A stretch of 63,819 nucleotides of DNA, the filler included, from Lenisia limosa (Eukaryota; Protista; Breviatea), in assembly GCA_001655205.1 (NCBI GenBank). It is 7 parts of 7 records of this genome, joined end to end, with 100 filler letters (N's around TTAATTAATTAA, not from the genome) between each part and the next. Parts side by side here need not be neighbours in the genome. Positions count along the whole stretch, not along the records: positions 58,894 to 63,819 come from LPNZ01007344.1; 6 more parts are not named here. One strand, 5' to 3'. The position numbers and the translations under genes were made by a program. The notes under the pieces were generated by a model that ran no database searches, had not been told where the DNA came from, and worked only from the letters and a program-made list of their open reading frames with translations. Position 1 is the first letter of the stretch. Every line of letters starts with the position of its first letter. Below, one piece after another: positions 61,056 through 63,819 of this stretch.

Positions 61056-62391
61056 TCATAATAATTGCCTCCAATAACCAGCGTGAAAGATAATTTACAC
61101 TCACAAATACTGGATATGGATAACAATATTATATATCATATGATATATTTGTGCCAATAGAGACTAGACTGCAATAAACTATATTAGAAGTGAATGTGTT
61201 AGAATTTTGCATTTCCTCAGTGATTTTATGTTTTTTGAGGTATGTGTTATTATATTATGTTCATCTTCATGCTCTCCATTTAATCTGCTCTCTTTAAGCA
61301 AGGGTGAAAATTAAAATTATCCCGCTTTATAACCGCTCACAACTACCTTCTGGGAACAACATTTTGGGGTTTTATTTGACAAAAAGGTAGAACGTAAACA
61401 TACCCTTTTGAATGGATAGTTTAGCAAATAAAATTTGTCGCAAGGGGTTTGCTCTTATCGTTAAACTTTGATCTAGCCTAAGGGTTAATAAGTTTTAAAA
61501 AAATAGTTCTTAAGTTTGGTTAGAAGAAGGAAATATAGAGACCCTTCTAGTCCAACCTACCTCACTCCAAAATGGAGGAATGGATGAGGATAGGTGTAGG
61601 ATAGGGGATGCATTCGAAACACATTGTGTTATGATTATTACATTTTCAAATTACGATTACATCTCCAACTAAATAACGTTCTAGTCTTTGATACCAACGA
61701 CTATGCAATTCAATTTGTGTCTATTATATATTTTTCATCAACAATTTACTCCTTTCAAACAACACACCAACACCACAGTTTATAGTTGTTAGTTAACTTT
61801 TTAACAAAAAGAAACACTATTATTGGATTATGTTTCAAAAACATCAAGATTTATCGAATTACAGATTGTCGAACAGCTACCTAAAAGTTCCCAATCCTAT
61901 GCCAATAATCTAGCTGTACTATATGTGCTCTGCTGAAATCTGAACATAATCTCAAGTGAATTAATAATAACAATCCAGGTGGCAGATTACTGCTCTGTTA
62001 ACACTCTTTCTAACCTTCTTCCACTTTGGAATTTTGTCGTCAATTGACTTCTTGACGCAGAAGTCTTGATCATGTAGCTAAATAGTAGGCTAAAATCTTA
62101 TTGAAAAAATAGAATGATGCAACAAAATTATACAACATCAAATTCACCACGGTTGTCACGAAGAGGGGGGAAAGCGTATTTCAAGCCCAAAACGCGGGAA
62201 AGGGGTGATAAAGAGGAAAGACATTATCAGTTGTGATGCTCCTGTGATGAGGCAAAGTGCTGTTTGCAGGAGCGTCAAACTTGTGAGTTTGTTACAGGTT
62301 CCCAATGATGTTGACAGATCCCTTCAATGTTAAACAATATCCAGAAAACAAAAATAGATCGTAGTAGAGTCCCAAAGAGTCTCACCAGGGG

Positions 62392-63819
62392 GTCAGGGCC
62401 ATTGGCGCTGACATCAACAGTCGCGATGGACTTGGACTCGGTAGGGGATTGCCAGTGCAGGATCTCCACGACCTTGCCATTGTAGAATTGGTGATGTGGG
62501 CTCAAGGTTGTCCAGGAGAAGAATGTGTGCCAGCCCACGAAGGTTTTTTTTATTATTTTTTGACAAAGTCGGGCTTGGGACTCTTCCACACCCTTTGGCA
62601 CTTTGGGGCAGGCATCTACAGAGAATACGAAGGTTCCTTTTTGATGTAACCAGATTTACTCTTCAATGTCTGCTTCGCCAATAGGGGGCCTATGGAGATC
62701 GACGGGAACAAAATGCCGAAATATGACAGGATGGTGATGATCCTTAATACTGCTAGAGTATCACTAAAAAAGTTCTCTATGTGTATTATTCTAATTCAAG
62801 ACTTTCAAAACTCCAATGATCACTTCCGCTCCCCAGCGCCCAGTGGCTACTCAGTTCAGGATATCCCTTCAGGCTGCTTGCTTTCCCTGAATAAAGCACT
62901 CTACCAATTTCATGACTTCGACCTTGCTATCAAGGTAAATTTCATATAGTGTTTGTAAGTCCAATAGATAGATTGTGGAGGGGGGGGGGTCGGGATTTTG
63001 CTGACATATCCTTGGTTTGTTGAGTGTTACCTGCCTTAGGGTGGAGATCATGACACTATCGAGTTCGCCATCAAGGCGATCATTCCATTACTTGCAGGAC
63101 GCAATAAGTATTGGGAAGGGGCAACATGAGCAGATTCATCAATAATATAGCGCTGTAATATTCATGTAGTAATCCATATCTTAGTGATTAATGATAATTT
63201 TTGTATTATCATACAAACATACCTTCCCCAGACAGAAGGCCCTCTTTTTTCAAGCGATGACTATGTCACTCGGCGAGAATGGTGAGAAAAGAATATGCTG
63301 CCTGGATTTTATATTTAGTAATCTTAATTCATTTTTTTTAGCTCTGAAGATAGCAACTGACCGTCAAATTGAATTTTTCAATGATCTCCTCAAGAAGCTC
63401 GCGGAAACATCGCTAAAAGTTAGTTTTGGCTGATTTACATGAGTATACTGATCTACTGACAGATGTTTGTTTGTGTGCTTATATGAATGAAGTGGAGCTT
63501 TTGTTGATAATCTTCCCGGTAGGCACATCGTGGATCGAAAGAGCCGTTCACTTATAAGTTGCCAATGCTCATTGACGTCTGACGCAGCACAGTCTCTGAT
63601 GGGGCAGTTTGGTATCAAAGGTTAGCCATATTAAATTGGGGTTAAAGCGCGGCCAAATAAGTTTAAGTCGGTTTTTGGGAATGGTTAAATATTTTTTTAC
63701 AAAAAGGATTTTCTTTCTCTCTGTACGCAACAGAAACCGGATGGACAAGCTTGTGCAGTTCAAGGTACCTGCCACAGAAGGCACAGTCGCAGCGTCTACA
63801 GCCATATGATGTCGGGTAC
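62392..63819 (+). CDS. Multi-exon gene of unknown function, partial; may begin near 60085
   Basis: Phase-consistent chain SGLGLFHTLWHFGAGIYREYE|DLLFNVCFANRGPMEIDG..YQFHDFDLAIK|GGDHDTIEFAIKAIIPLLAGRNK|QKALFFQAMTMSLGEN|ALKIATDRQIEFFNDLLKKLAETSLK. Confidence 0.5.

Overview
This is eukaryotic, AT-rich, intron-dense nuclear DNA of a protist-like organism (taxon not identifiable from sequence alone; standard genetic code fits every conserved exon I spliced). It is not one continuous locus: six identical 100-bp artificial spacers (N44-TTAATTAATTAA-N44) join seven unrelated scaffolds (1-10020, 10121-32644, 32745-51234, 51335-53922, 54023-55456, 55557-58793, 58894-63819), so neighbourhoods across spacers mean nothing. 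Genes are split by GT-AG introns, many only about 20-100 nt, so most ORF-track entries are exon fragments or spurious. Manual splicing gives a large multi-FN3 protein, a small Cys-rich repeat protein, MLH3, RPB4, a TFxPxIN-repeat protein, an ankyrin/coiled-coil protein, tRNA-Ile(AAT) plus a relic of its 3' end, a signal-peptide RCC1/BLIP-II propeller, a probable GPI-anchored CCW-repeat protein, a TENT (Cid1/Trf4-like) nucleotidyltransferase absent from the ORF track, an Aa_trans transporter, a triple-RRM protein, a probable GT-B glycosyltransferase, a CaMKK-like kinase fragment, a TSG101/Vps23 UEV domain and several unidentified genes. Most notable: (1) an antisense gene, possibly of restriction-endonuclease-like fold, nested with a MITE and a minisatellite in a 1965-nt transporter intron; (2) G-runs after many splice donors and C-runs before many acceptors; (3) a ~100-bp hAT-like MITE family on three scaffolds; (4) a tandem exon-like duplication compatible with mutually exclusive splicing. 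Exon boundaries were inferred by eye and several gene ends are approximate.
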